Source: Rhina ancylostomus
Taxonomy: Eukaryota
Direction: 5' to 3'
NCBI GenBank assembly: GCA_030265395.1
Contig: JARFYF010000112.1
Coordinates: 69,139,837-69,203,836 of the forward strand
Length of the DNA: 64,000 nucleotides
Within the stretch, counting starts at the first letter, position 1, and every line of letters begins with the position of its first letter. Positions 28,101-39,215 of the stretch are shown piece by piece. The notes beneath the pieces were generated by a model. It worked only from the letters and a program-made list of their open reading frames with translations. It was not told the origin of the DNA and searched no databases. Made by a program: the position numbers and the translations under genes.

Positions 28101-28549
28101 TGGCCAGTCTTCTGATGCCGGGGTGAAATATATTACTCACGCAGCTTAACTGGATATTTAGCTCATAATAAATGCAACTGATTGCAATTTGATATGATAT
28201 TACCACACAAGGTACAGCTAGAAATAATTCTGGGAGATAACCATCTTCCACTCCCTGATTTATAACTGATAAGGAATCCTATTCTGTGTACCGGAATAAT
28301 TCTTGATGGAACTGCAGAGTTCTTGAATGTCACAACTTTTGTTTAACAGTAGATTAATTTCACTTTGTAAGGAGAATAGCATTCAGTGCAAATAGGTTGA
28401 ACATTTTAAAGTTATTAATCCTATGTAGTTTGCAAGTTCCTCTTTTTTATCTTAGCTTTGGTTAAATGGTCCAAAGTAATTTTGAAAGCCTATAAAACCA
28501 TAGGTTTCATGTCCATACACCAAGGACATCAGAATTTATCCAGAGAGCA

Positions 28550-28725
28550 AAACACTTCAGATCTGGAAATCTGAAAGTGCTAGAAATACTTAACAAGTCA
28601 AGCAGCATTTATGGAGATGACATTGTTAACATTTCATCAGATGAAAGGCCATTAATCTAAAGAGTTCACTCTGTTTTCTCACTCTCCTGCTAAGTTTCTC
28701 TTGCAATTCTATTTTTATTTCAGAG
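28550..28725. repeat. Head-to-head inverted pair of Penelope-like termini
   Basis: Left arm is in minus orientation (gtgctagaaatacttaacaagtcaagcagcattt) and right arm in plus orientation (cagatgaaaggcc...ctctgttttctc...ctgctaagtttc..atttttatttcaga). Confidence 0.5.
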
Positions 28726-31104
28726 TTAATTCAGAGATGTGTTCTTTTTGTATCTTTTTATGTTCATTAAATATACATTAACACATTATGTGTTGTGTTG
28801 TAACTTAAGGAACTTTATGTGTGGAAATGGTGATATTTTCTACTTTTCGTGCCTTGCTTTGGTTTCAGACAGCCACAGGATAAAATTGGAGTGAACTATG
28901 GAAACAATATCCCCAGTCTGGGAAAAAAAATGTCTCCTCCTGCACGGGTGTGACCTTTTCCATTTCACTTGTCAACCATTCTTGTGAATGCTGAGTGAGA
29001 CTGACACTCTGGTGATGGGTTTGTATTGCGGGCAGTTGAGAGATTAGGAAAAGCATCGACACTACCCAAAGCTAATTTAACACATCAATTTACACTCAAC
29101 AGATGAATATAATCTTCCTGCTATCAATCTGGATAAGATTCAAATGCAAATTCTAAAAGACAAATGTTTTAACACATTATACTACAGTAACTGTCAATTC
29201 TGACTCATGATAAAATGAGAAGCAGTCAAGCAAATATTTTTGTCAGTCCCAAATATTGCAATTTAAATTATTTGCTTTCTTTGATTAAATGTAGTTTTAC
29301 TCTTCCCTAACAGCTTCCAATAAAACAGTTTGTGCCTCTGGATTTCTGCAGCTCTGTTTGGATACACATGAATATTTTAGGAGCAGGAAATTGAGCATAA
29401 TTTGCCACCCAAGCACAATCATTTCTCAATTTCCTGTTTGTCATTATTCTCACCTGCAAGGAGAAAGTTAATTTTTAACTTGTATATAAACAAAAGGGAT
29501 CTTTCCCCCCTCTGGCTGGTTTTTAAGATCTGTTTTTCAGGTTTAGGCATTGCTTCAGTTTGGGTAAGCAAAACTATGTTATCATAAGCTAAAGGCTGGA
29601 TGTGAAATATAGATAGCGAAGAGATAATTTAACCAACTCACCACCACCTCTCTGCACCAACACCCCAACCACCACCCCTCCAATTAAGATTTGGTTCTCC
29701 ATACCAGATAAAATTTTCATTAAATGATGTACTGAATAGTGAGACTTTAAGGTCAATCTAACTGGATGTTTCAACATCTATTATTAACTTTTTATTTTAT
29801 GACAATACATTTAACCGATGGTATTTGGAAATTGTTATTGTATTGTTAAACGGTGCTGTGAAACCAGTTTAGGGGTTAATTGTTTTCCTTCATTGTTCAA
29901 TGCAGAATTTAAAAAAAAATGTGCAATATTTTTATTATCTGTGCTCTAAGCAGATTAAATAACAAACCAACTCCTAGTAGTCACAAATCTTTAGAAGTTC
30001 AACTTTCCCACTTCCTTATCTGAAAAACATCCTATGGAGAGATCTTATCATTTCAATCCACTTCATATCTTAAATCCCTCTAAATTCAATAGGATGTGAT
30101 CAGCTCTTCTTAACAGCAAACATCTTAATTTGTGAATTTGATTTATTTTCAAGTCTTTGATTTATAACTAATATGTTGATATCTTTCCAGCAAAATAAGG
30201 GAATTTTAACTCATTCATAAATCTTGCATTACTGAACATTTAACTATCATGATTCAATCTATGACTCTGGTATGGTTTTTAACATTTGAGTTAATGTTAG
30301 TTGACCACCAGCATACCAGGCAAGGTAGGGATTTAAAGTGCAACTGCAGCAGATGCACAATATAACTAGAGCAAATGCATTTAATTTGTTAGATAATGTG
30401 CTTTTTGTTGTACCTACAAATTTTATAACTTTTATAACTTTATGTTTAAAACTGGAGTGGCAAAATGACTCAATTATCATTTATTGCAGTGTGGACTGTT
30501 TCACAAAGAAATATAAATTCATCTGGAAGGAAATATGTTTACCTCCATTCACCCCCTTTTTAAAATATGCCCTTACTAATTTCCTCCCTTTCTCCTTCAA
30601 AGTGCTGAATTGCTGGAAGAGGATTCTGTAAACACCTCCGCTTTCTTATACTTCAGCCAAGAGGCCATCCGGTGTACATGAGCCCAAAGACCAATGTTAG
30701 CAATTTCCTAGCTCCAAAATTCCCAGCCCAAATTCCAGAAGGTTATTCAAGTGGAGGAAGGACAAGTAGGCATCACAGGTTAGCGCAAATTTGGTGCCAA
30801 TGGCCAAATATTTTCTATTAATTAGCAATCAGATGTGGGAACCTTGACTGCGTCTGTTTATCTTCCTTCTGTCATTCAAAGGCACTTACTCCAAGCTTCT
30901 GACTTATGCTAGCTAAATTAGCACAGGGCAGGAATCAGCACTATTTCTTTCCTGGTCTGCAAAGCCAACTATATCTGGGTAGCAAACTTACTCACTGATC
31001 ATCACTGGAGCTCACTTGCCCTCTTCACAAACATCTTGAAGCTCCAAGCTCCATGTGCTTGCATGCGAGTGAGCCTCTGCCATAATGAGCCAATCATGAT
31101 GGAA

Positions 31105-31510
31105 TCATAGAATGATTACAGCTCAAAAGGAGGCCACTTGGCCCATCATGTCCTTGTTAGTTCTCTACCACACCAACTCTCTAGTTCCAGCCAATGGCCC
31201 TTTCTCCATGGTCTTGCAAATTTTTTTCCACCTTGTATTTATTCATTTCCCTTTTGAAGACCACAATGAAACCTATCTTCATCTTAACCAGAGGCCATGC
31301 ATTTCAGCTTATAACCACATGCTGCGTAAAAAGATTTTTCCTCTTAATTATCTTCCCCCTTTATTTTGTAGTTGTGAACACAGGTCCTTGACCACTCCAT
31401 GAATGGGAAGAGCCCACTCTGTCTAGACTCCTCATCATTTTGTATATCACTGTTAAATCTCCCCTAGCCATCTCTTCTCCAAAGAAAACAACTTCCCAAT
31501 CTATCCTTGT
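31105..31510 (-). mobile_element. Decayed CR1 3' fragment
   Basis: RGDLTVIYKMMRSLDRV in ORF 31361; tail ending near atcatagaat at ~31105. Confidence 0.6.
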
Positions 31511-31514
31511 AACT

Positions 31515-31846
31515 GTTGTCATAGAACATGGAAATAGAGTCTTCAGCACAGTGTCTACACTGACCATCAAGCACCCATTTACACTAAACTCATTTTATTT
31601 TCCCCACATTCTCATCAACTATCTCCAGATTCTACTATTCAACTACACACAAGAGGCAATTTACAGTCACCAATTAACCTACCAACAGCACATATTGGGA
31701 CATAGGAGGAAACCAGAGCACTAAGAGGAAACCATGCGGTCACAGGGAGAATGTGCAAACTTTGCACAGGTAGCATCTGAGGTTAGGATTGAACTTGGGT
31801 CTTTGGCGTTGTGAGGCAGCAACTCCATTGGCTGCACCAGTGTGCC
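31515..31846 (-). mobile_element. tRNA-derived SINE (HE1/V-SINE-like) with LINE-derived tail
   Basis: Reverse complement of the B-box (ggattgaac) and central domain (gtcacagggagaatgtgcaaact, ggaggaaaccagagca). Confidence 0.75.
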
Positions 31847-32859
31847 TCTCCTCATCTCAAGGACCAATAGGATTAATGTAGACTGGCAAAATGTTTGGCA
31901 TCTTCATCCACCCTTGCAGCCAATAGCAGAACACTTGTGTTTTTGTTTTATCTGATCAGATAGAATTGAAGACAGCTATCCTGTGGATCAGCTGTGGAAT
32001 TGAAGACAGTGTGGCACCAGTTTATTGAACTCCTTGAACTGTAGGTTCGAACAAAGTTCCTTTGGCATTTGACAAAATTATATTTACTGTTTTCTTGTGC
32101 AGCACTTCCAATTTTTTTGGAGGAAAAATGTCGACTGTTGCTCTTGCATTAAAAGTGAAGGGGTAAAATTGGTTGTGGCCAGTTTTCAGGCAAGTATGAT
32201 TGAAGACCACATTGGTAGGCGTGAAGCCAGCCAAAACTTAGGACTCAACCCTAATCAAATGGATTATTGCTGCTTAAAGGCAGCAATCCCACAGGCCACT
32301 TTAATGAGATGAACATCATGGCTCTACCAGCCACAAGGCAAAAGCCAGAGGTAGGGAGAACGGAATGAGAGACAAGGGATACTGTTATGCCAGGGAGCAC
32401 TCGTGTTTTTTCTAGTTCGCAATAATTTTTTTAATCATTTGTTAAGTTTGCAGTGTTAGCTAAAATAAATTAATTGCAAGCTTCACCATAAGGCTCTAAA
32501 ACTGGTGCTAGCTTCCTCATAATTTGTAGCAAATCCTATGAGGAATAAAACACATGGTGGAAAAACCAGTTCAATCATCGCTAAGAAGGAAAGCTAGAGA
32601 TACTATTAAATTAAAAGGAGCGGATCAGTGTATGTATGCATTGGTTGAGCATGAAGATATAAGATGCTTAGTAGAGACAACCTAAATTTATGAAAGGCAA
32701 AGGGTGTCTGATTAAGCTGCCAGAACTTTATATACGAGTTATAAATAACTCGTATATAAATATAACATAATATAATGTATATAAATAACAATATGAGTTG
32801 TAAGTAAATGAGGAAGAAACAGAACATACAGAGTACTTTGATTTTAAAAAGTATTCAAG

Positions 32860-33840
32860 AAAGGAGCTGCATAAGGTACTCGGGATTTAGGCTCAAAGTA
32901 ACCGTGATTCAGGATTACTTTAGGGAATAAACAAATAATTTTGGGATGGTGGACTGCATCTGGTAGGGTACTGCAAGGATCTGTACCTAGACCTCAATTT
33001 TGGAGAACCTGTATTAATGACATGGAAGAGAGGAAAAATGTAGCCCAAGTTTACTGATAATGCATGGGTAAGTGGGGAAATAAACTGTGAGGAGGCATCA
33101 AAGGGATAGAGACATGAAAAATGAATGCGCAAGAATGCCTTTGATGGCATTTAGATGTGATGTTATCTGTATTGGTAAGGAAATAAGTAGAATTTTGTTT
33201 TATTGGATTGCACAGGAGGTTGTGCAAGTTGGTGTTCAGAGAGTGCTGGGTGTAACTTTACATTAATAACAAAGTTAACATGCAAATTACGAAAGCAACT
33301 TGGAACACAAATGGTAGAGTCGCCTTGATCATAGATGGATTTGAGTAAAAGAATGAAGAAGTTTCATTCCAATTGCGATGGGCCTTGGTGAAGCCATACT
33401 GGAGTTCTGTGCACAAGTTTGATCTACTACCTAATAAAGGATGTACTTGTCTTAATGGGGGTGCAACAAAGGTTTACTGAGTTGATTTCTGAAGTTTACC
33501 TATTGCCAATGAGAGAGCAATGGAGTAGATTAGGCCTTTTCTTCCCAAATATTAGAAAAATTAGACGTCATATGTTTGAAACATATAAAAAGGTTGAAAG
33601 GCATGATTTATTTGATACTGGGAGTGAAGTCTAGAACCAGGCAGAACAGTCGTAAGAATTAAGGGGTATGCTTAATTAGGACTGAGGTAAAGAAAAGCTT
33701 CTTGAAGGGTTATGAACTTTTGGAATCTGCCATGCTATGGGGATTGAAATTACTGGGATAAAGTAGAGAAGAAAAATTGAGGTAAATTATCTTATTGAAT
33801 GGCACAGCAGGCTTGAAAAATGAATAGCTATTTTCTGCTT
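32860..33840 (+). mobile_element. Decayed CR1 LINE RT/3' fragment
   Basis: SGRVLQGSVPRP-like, aagtttactgataat (KF.D), KDVLVL.GVQQRFTELI, and a CR1-type tail. Confidence 0.65.
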
Positions 33841-35139
33841 TCAGGTATGCATATACCAGGGCCCAATACTTGTTTTAGGCAGGATCTGAGAAAACAAAAA
33901 AAAGTTAAGCCCCTTATTGAACTAAGAGCCCTTCAAGCATTCTCAGAGTATGTGATATTTACCTCTAATACTGACTCCCATTGTAACCATTAAAAGAGCA
34001 AACATATGAGTAATTTCTATTTTACAAACTTCCGATCTTTTGGGAAATTTGCATGGCAATTTAACAAAATGTTTTGGTTTTATAAATCCCTCCTGTTTTT
34101 TCTCAGGCATCATTAGGGGAAAAAATGCAGTTAATTAGCACTCAAAATGTGGTTAATGACCATTCAACAGCACTTAATGACTGTTCGACACCATGTGGTT
34201 TTACAAATAAATATAGAAACGTACAATTCTCTGCCTAGTAATCTTCACAATTCAATGCAAGTTAGAGCGCACCATGTACAACTTAAGCTTTTTGATCTTA
34301 GTTATAATTCAAGTAAATAATACAGTACACAGTGCTGCAGTTTTGATTGCATAGTTTTTCTTCCCTCATTTGTTACTTGAGTACCATGCTACATAGGTCA
34401 ACACCCATGCCCACCCCACTCTGCCCCATTAAGGCCTTCGGCATTAGTGAAGTACAATAAACAAATGTGCTTTTTATTAGTGCTTGTCATTCTTGGACTG
34501 TGTTAAAGAAATGGAGTCAAGGGTGGGGAATGAGAAATCATGAATCATTCAGATATTAAAAACTATTTTTCACAAAAAATACAGCAAAGTGATATTTATA
34601 AATGTAAAATGATTAATATATAATCTGCTGCAGACACTGTTGTGTTTTGTCAATTCTACTTACTAACTTGCTGAAATAGTCAGAAGGCTTGTTTTGAACT
34701 CAGGCTGTAAAGCTCAGTTAAACCATGAAAAGCGATCTGTAAATTGGCTACGTTTCCCATCTTTGAAAACAGAATTTCCATCTGTTTGATACTGCATCAT
34801 ACAATCCAATTTCATTGTAGGCCAAGATATATTTTTATTTTTAATAAATATTGGCTAAGTTTTTATTTTTCTGTTTAATCTTATGAGGTAGACTATTATT
34901 AAAGTTCAATTAATATTCATCAGCAAACAGACATTTGGAATGTTACCATTTGTTATTCCAACCCCTATCTCAATCTATATTTATAATCTTTGCAAAGTCC
35001 TAGAATCATGTAAAACTCTGGAGAAAGCCTGTTATTCTTTCATGTCTGTGTTGGCTTTTTGCAACAGCTGTCATATTACTACAATTCAAATAACCATTCC
35101 CAAATCTCATGTATCTCATATTTCTCTTCAACATAGGAA

Positions 35140-35463
35140 GATGCCATTTTTCTCATTGAATCCATACTGGCTCTCAGAGCAATCTAATCAATCTCCTGCC
35201 CCCACTTATTTCTCTCATTCTCTCTCACATCCTTTTAAATCCTGATTCATCTGCCACCCACTTATGGTACGGGTAATTTAAAGTAACCAATTAATCTACC
35301 AATTGCTATGTTTTTGGGATATGGGAGGAAACTGGAGCATCCATAGGAAGCCCACATGGTCATAGGGAGAATGTACAAACTTCACAGAGACAGCACTGAA
35401 GGTCAGGATTGAACCTGTGTTGCTGGAGCTGAGAAACAGCAACATAACTGCTGTGCTGCTGTG
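35140..35463 (-). mobile_element. tRNA-derived SINE (HE1/V-SINE-like)
   Basis: gggaggaaactggagca...catagggagaatgtacaaact...ggattgaacc; same family as 31515-31846. Confidence 0.75.
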
Positions 35464-35916
35464 TTAACTCTTTCAAAAAGCTCCAAGTTTTTCCGATTCC
35501 CTCTAGAAAATACCTGTGGAATCTGATTTCAGCATTCTTTCTGGACTGAAGTAAAAATAAATATTTCAGCAGTTCACTGCTTCATTTTCCTAATTATCTA
35601 TAATGTCCAGTTGCTGGCACTCTAGCAATTCTGTTGAAAAAGCATTTCAATTAACGGCAACAATTGACCCAGTCATCTAAGTACCCAATGCCAGAACTTG
35701 GCTACATTACTTAGGCTGATACTGCAATGCAGTAATTTGAAGTCCTGCATTATTGGATTGACCATCATTCAGCATAGGATACTTAATCAAGGTCCAACCT
35801 ACTTATTTCAGTGGCCAATAAGAGATGAAATGGGAGGGTTAAAATTCTGCAAGAAAGGATGAGATTAAATAGACCAAATAGCCTGGTCATTCATAGTGAA
35901 GCTCCATATACTGTAC

Positions 35917-36586
35917 CTTAAGCTTGTCATATCTATCACTCAGTGAGGAAACCTGATGCTCCCGGTGACGTCCTACAAGTTTGCATAAGGCACAGATCAG
36001 CTGATCATCCGTGACACAGTACATATTCACCTTTTCATCTTCATGCTCCAGACACATTAGGCCACGCAGGTGGGAGTCCGGGGTTGGCTCAATCAGCCGG
36101 TGGCCAGTAAATGGTTTTTTGTTAGGATGGGTGGCCCTGAGGCATCGGTCACAGTAGGAGACCTCACAGGTCACGCAGGTCTTGACTGCATCCCGTGGTG
36201 GCTCTTGCTCACAGAACTGGCACTGGACCCTCTCTGAGGCCATNNNNNNNNNNGGTGATGGGATCCCTGTAGGGTCGTTCACGGCGGCATTCACTGGGGG
36301 AATTGGGTCCACTCAGTGAAGCTTTCTGAAAGCGATCAATAATGTTCTGCAGAGTTATATTCCTCTTCAACCCCTCCAAGCCACGATGGTTCAGAGATAT
36401 AACATACCGGCAAGTTGGACACTGGAAGGCAGCAATTGATTTGATCGTCTCGTTGGAGGTACAGTGAGAGACGAGAATTCGATGGGCGCAGTTGAAACAC
36501 AGACTATGGGCACACGGCAAAAGCAGAGGGTCTTCAAATAACTCCAGACAAATTGGGCAGGTTAATTCAGATTCAAGTGTTTCCAT
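35917..36586 (-). CDS. MID2: First coding exon of Midline-family TRIM E3 ubiquitin ligase (RING, B-box1, B-box2); most likely MID2/TRIM1, MID1 paralog not excluded
   Basis: ORFs 36209..36601 and 35887..36312 join across the 10-N gap (36244-36253) to give [30 protein letters not shown]...CPTC (RING), [14 protein letters not shown]...H (B-box1), CLEH..YC..D..IC..C....H..H (B-box2), ending DKLK. ATG at 36586 in aagATGg context; donor AAG|GTACAG at 35917/35916. 670 nt minus 10 N = 660 nt = 220 codons. [17 protein letters not shown] and DRCLRATH are MID2-type residues as I recall the human proteins. Confidence 0.9.
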
Positions 36587-36642
36587 CTTCAGGCAAAGCA
36601 ATCTTGCATTATCAGTGTTACCCAGGGAAGCTGGTCAGCTAC
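36587..36642 (-). other. MID2: 56-nt 5' leader portion of the first coding exon of the MID gene
   Basis: Minus strand reads pyrimidine tract tctctctcacAG|gtagctgaccagcttccc...gcctgaagATG; acceptor AG at 36644-36643. A 56-nt leader in this exon matches the MID1/MID2 exon architecture as I recall it. Confidence 0.8.
36589..36609 (-). CDS. Short upstream ORF MQDCFA* within the leader (C-terminal part of a possibly longer spliced uORF)
   Basis: ATG CAA GAT TGC TTT GCC TGA directly visible, followed by AG then the main ATG. Translation is not demonstrated. Confidence 0.5.
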   Translation of the reverse strand: MQDCFA

Positions 36643-37244
36643 CTGTGAGAGAGAGTTAGAAAAACAATGTGAGCTGATTGTATACTCTTTAAAGCATGCC
36701 AGAAATGTTTCCCTTGAATCCAACCATGATATTAAATAAAGAGAAAGATTAGTGTTACAGAGAAAATAAATGTAATCTTAAATCCATGGAATCTTAAATT
36801 TACAGTGCAGGAGACCATTTGGCTGCTGTCTCCATGCTGCCTTAAAGTGAGTGTAGTCCTACTTTGATTTCTTCATCCCTGGCTAGATAAGTTTTATGTG
36901 TTTTATATAGTTCTAATGTGATCTCCCTGCTCTTTCTTTATTGACCATGTCTCATGTAGATGCATTCCAAATGATTTCTTAACCACCTTTCATGCATGTT
37001 CTACCATCTCAGGGGATCTGGGGACTCAGTCCAAGACTCTCTATAACTCTACACCTCTCAGTATCTTGCCATTTATCATACATTCTCTTGCTTTGTTTGT
37101 CATCCCCAAATGCATTACTTTGTACTACTCTGCAATACATTTCATTTGCTACTTTTTTACCAACCAACCAGTCTGGTAATACCTTACTGCAGCCTTCAAC
37201 TTTCTTTCTCACTAATGGGTTTGGAACCACATGCAATGTAGTTT

Positions 37245-37338
37245 TTAATCTTAATTTATTATAATAAATTAATAATAAATCTTAATTAATAATAAATTAT
37301 TAATAATAAAAACAATATTATAATAATAAAATTAATAC
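37245..37338. repeat. AT-rich low-complexity (TAA-like) tract
   Basis: ataataaattaataataaatcttaattaataataaatt... Confidence 0.85.
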
Positions 37339-38369
37339 TGTTAATCGTAGCCCACATGCTTAAGTTTACATCATTAATACATGGGACAAAAGATGAGGAA
37401 CTTAATAGCTCTTCAAAACCCTGCTGTATATTGCCTTGTGGTCACTATATGATGACTATCCCTTAACAATATTGCTTTGACTGTCCTTGTTTGTGTCACT
37501 CTAAGTGCTGCTCACCATTGATGTTAGGCTGACTGGCCTGAAGTTATTCTACCTATCAGATTCTTGCTGAAAAATGCAAGTGTACAAATGATTTGAAAAG
37601 GACATCAGGTTGGCTTATAATATTTTCCCTGGTCTCCTACCAAATGTTTTGTCTGTTTTCAGAGGGAATAGCAACTTGTCCAGCATCCACTGCAAAAGGA
37701 TTCACCATTTTTAAAAGTGAAGCTGGTGAGCACCTGACAAAATGTGTATATTAAATCTTGTTCCGCTTTTGTGGAATAAGGCAACTTATTGTTATAAAAA
37801 TTGTAAAGTGTATCTGGTGAGAAACAGATTTGAATTTATATCACAATTTTTACTTTCCCACCGAAAGCATTTTCCAAGCAATGAAGAGTAGTCATTCTAG
37901 TAGGAGACTTAGTTGCCAGATTGAACAGAGCATGCTCCGATAGTCTGTTCTTTGCAATGTTGAATGAGTGTGGGATGAGGTTCTGTGTTCAAAGACTTAA
38001 TTCTATAGTGAAAGATACAGGTATGTAGGAATCTCTTCAGCATATTAAGGCAGTTCAGCTAAGAGTTTCCAAATAGACAGGAGTACAGAAAATTCTTCTC
38101 AGGAGCAAATATTGACTTTTCAAAATAAACACAGAATTTCCAAAAAGACACCATTATGAAGAGCTTTAAAAATCTTTTATATCATTCTACCTTGCTCCTG
38201 TCCATTCTTTCTCAAATAGTTCTGTGCTTGCAACACTAATTATAGTGTGACATGTTCAAATACTTAAGTTTCTTCGAGGACCATCTCTGAACATTTGTAC
38301 AGCAACCCATCTATCTCAATTAGAACATTTAGTGATCTGCAGTGCTGTAAAATCTACATCATAATAAGA

Positions 38370-38930
38370 TGAGAAATGGCTGAGGGAACAACTCTCAGAC
38401 TCTATCCTGTCCGTCCTCTCAATATCTTGCATATCTCAATGAGATCACCTTCATTCCTCTAAACTGCTGTGAATGAAAGGCAAAACCCTCATCCCAGGGA
38501 TCAACCCAGTGAATCTATGCCACACTGTCTCTAAGATTGCTCAAGTGTAAAGACTCAATCTGCACACAGTACTCTAGGTGTGATATAACCAAAGCCTTCA
38601 AATTCATTAAGACTTACTTGTGTTTTTACTCTAACAGGTTTGCAACAAAAGTACACCATTTGCCTTAATTGTTTACTGTGCCCGTATGTTTATTTTCCAC
38701 ACCCTCTCTATACATCATATTTTGTCGCTTGCTCACTGTTTATTTTGTGCTATTCTTCCCCCAAAGTGAACAAGCTCATATTTCTCCACATTATTTTCCA
38801 TCTGTACTTTCTTACTCACTCTTTAAGCATTTGCAAACCACATGAATACTTCTCAATGCTCACTTTCCCAACTAGCTTTGTAACAACAGAAACAAATTTG
38901 GATAGTCTACCTTTTTAACTAAGTTATTAA
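38370..38930 (-). mobile_element. Decayed CR1 fragment
   Basis: Reverse complement of gagatcacct and ctgcacacagtactctagg (RGDLIE, LEYCVQ-like). Confidence 0.5.
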
Positions 38931-38959
38931 TATAAATTGTGTAGAGCTGACATGCTTTG

Positions 38960-39215
38960 TAGATGACAGCCCCACGTTTACTGGACTTGTCTGATGCCAA
39001 ATTGTTATTACTTCTTCCTTCTTATGAAATCCCTTGGGATCAAGGATGAATTGCTTCCACCCTGTTTTTGTGGGTTCAGAGGTGGCCAATGTGGGAACCT
39101 CAGACTTTCCGTGGATGGGGCGGGAGGTGCCTGATTGAGTGGGTGGATGAATAGTTTGTGAGGCGGAGCATTCCTTACACTGCTTACACAGGGTTTCTGT
39201 GTGCATCTGATATAC
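38960..39215 (-). mobile_element. RTE LINE 3' tail fragment
   Basis: Similar to the 3' ends at 7440-7600 and 43970-44150. Confidence 0.5.

Noticed and set aside
35887-35916. ORF continuation VQYMELHYE* suggesting a short RING-B-box protein
   Set aside because: Read-through past the AAG|GTACAG donor, which lies at the conserved exon boundary.
36209-36312. Two overlapping ORFs suggesting a pseudogene or programmed frameshift
   Set aside because: Fully explained by the 10-N placeholder.
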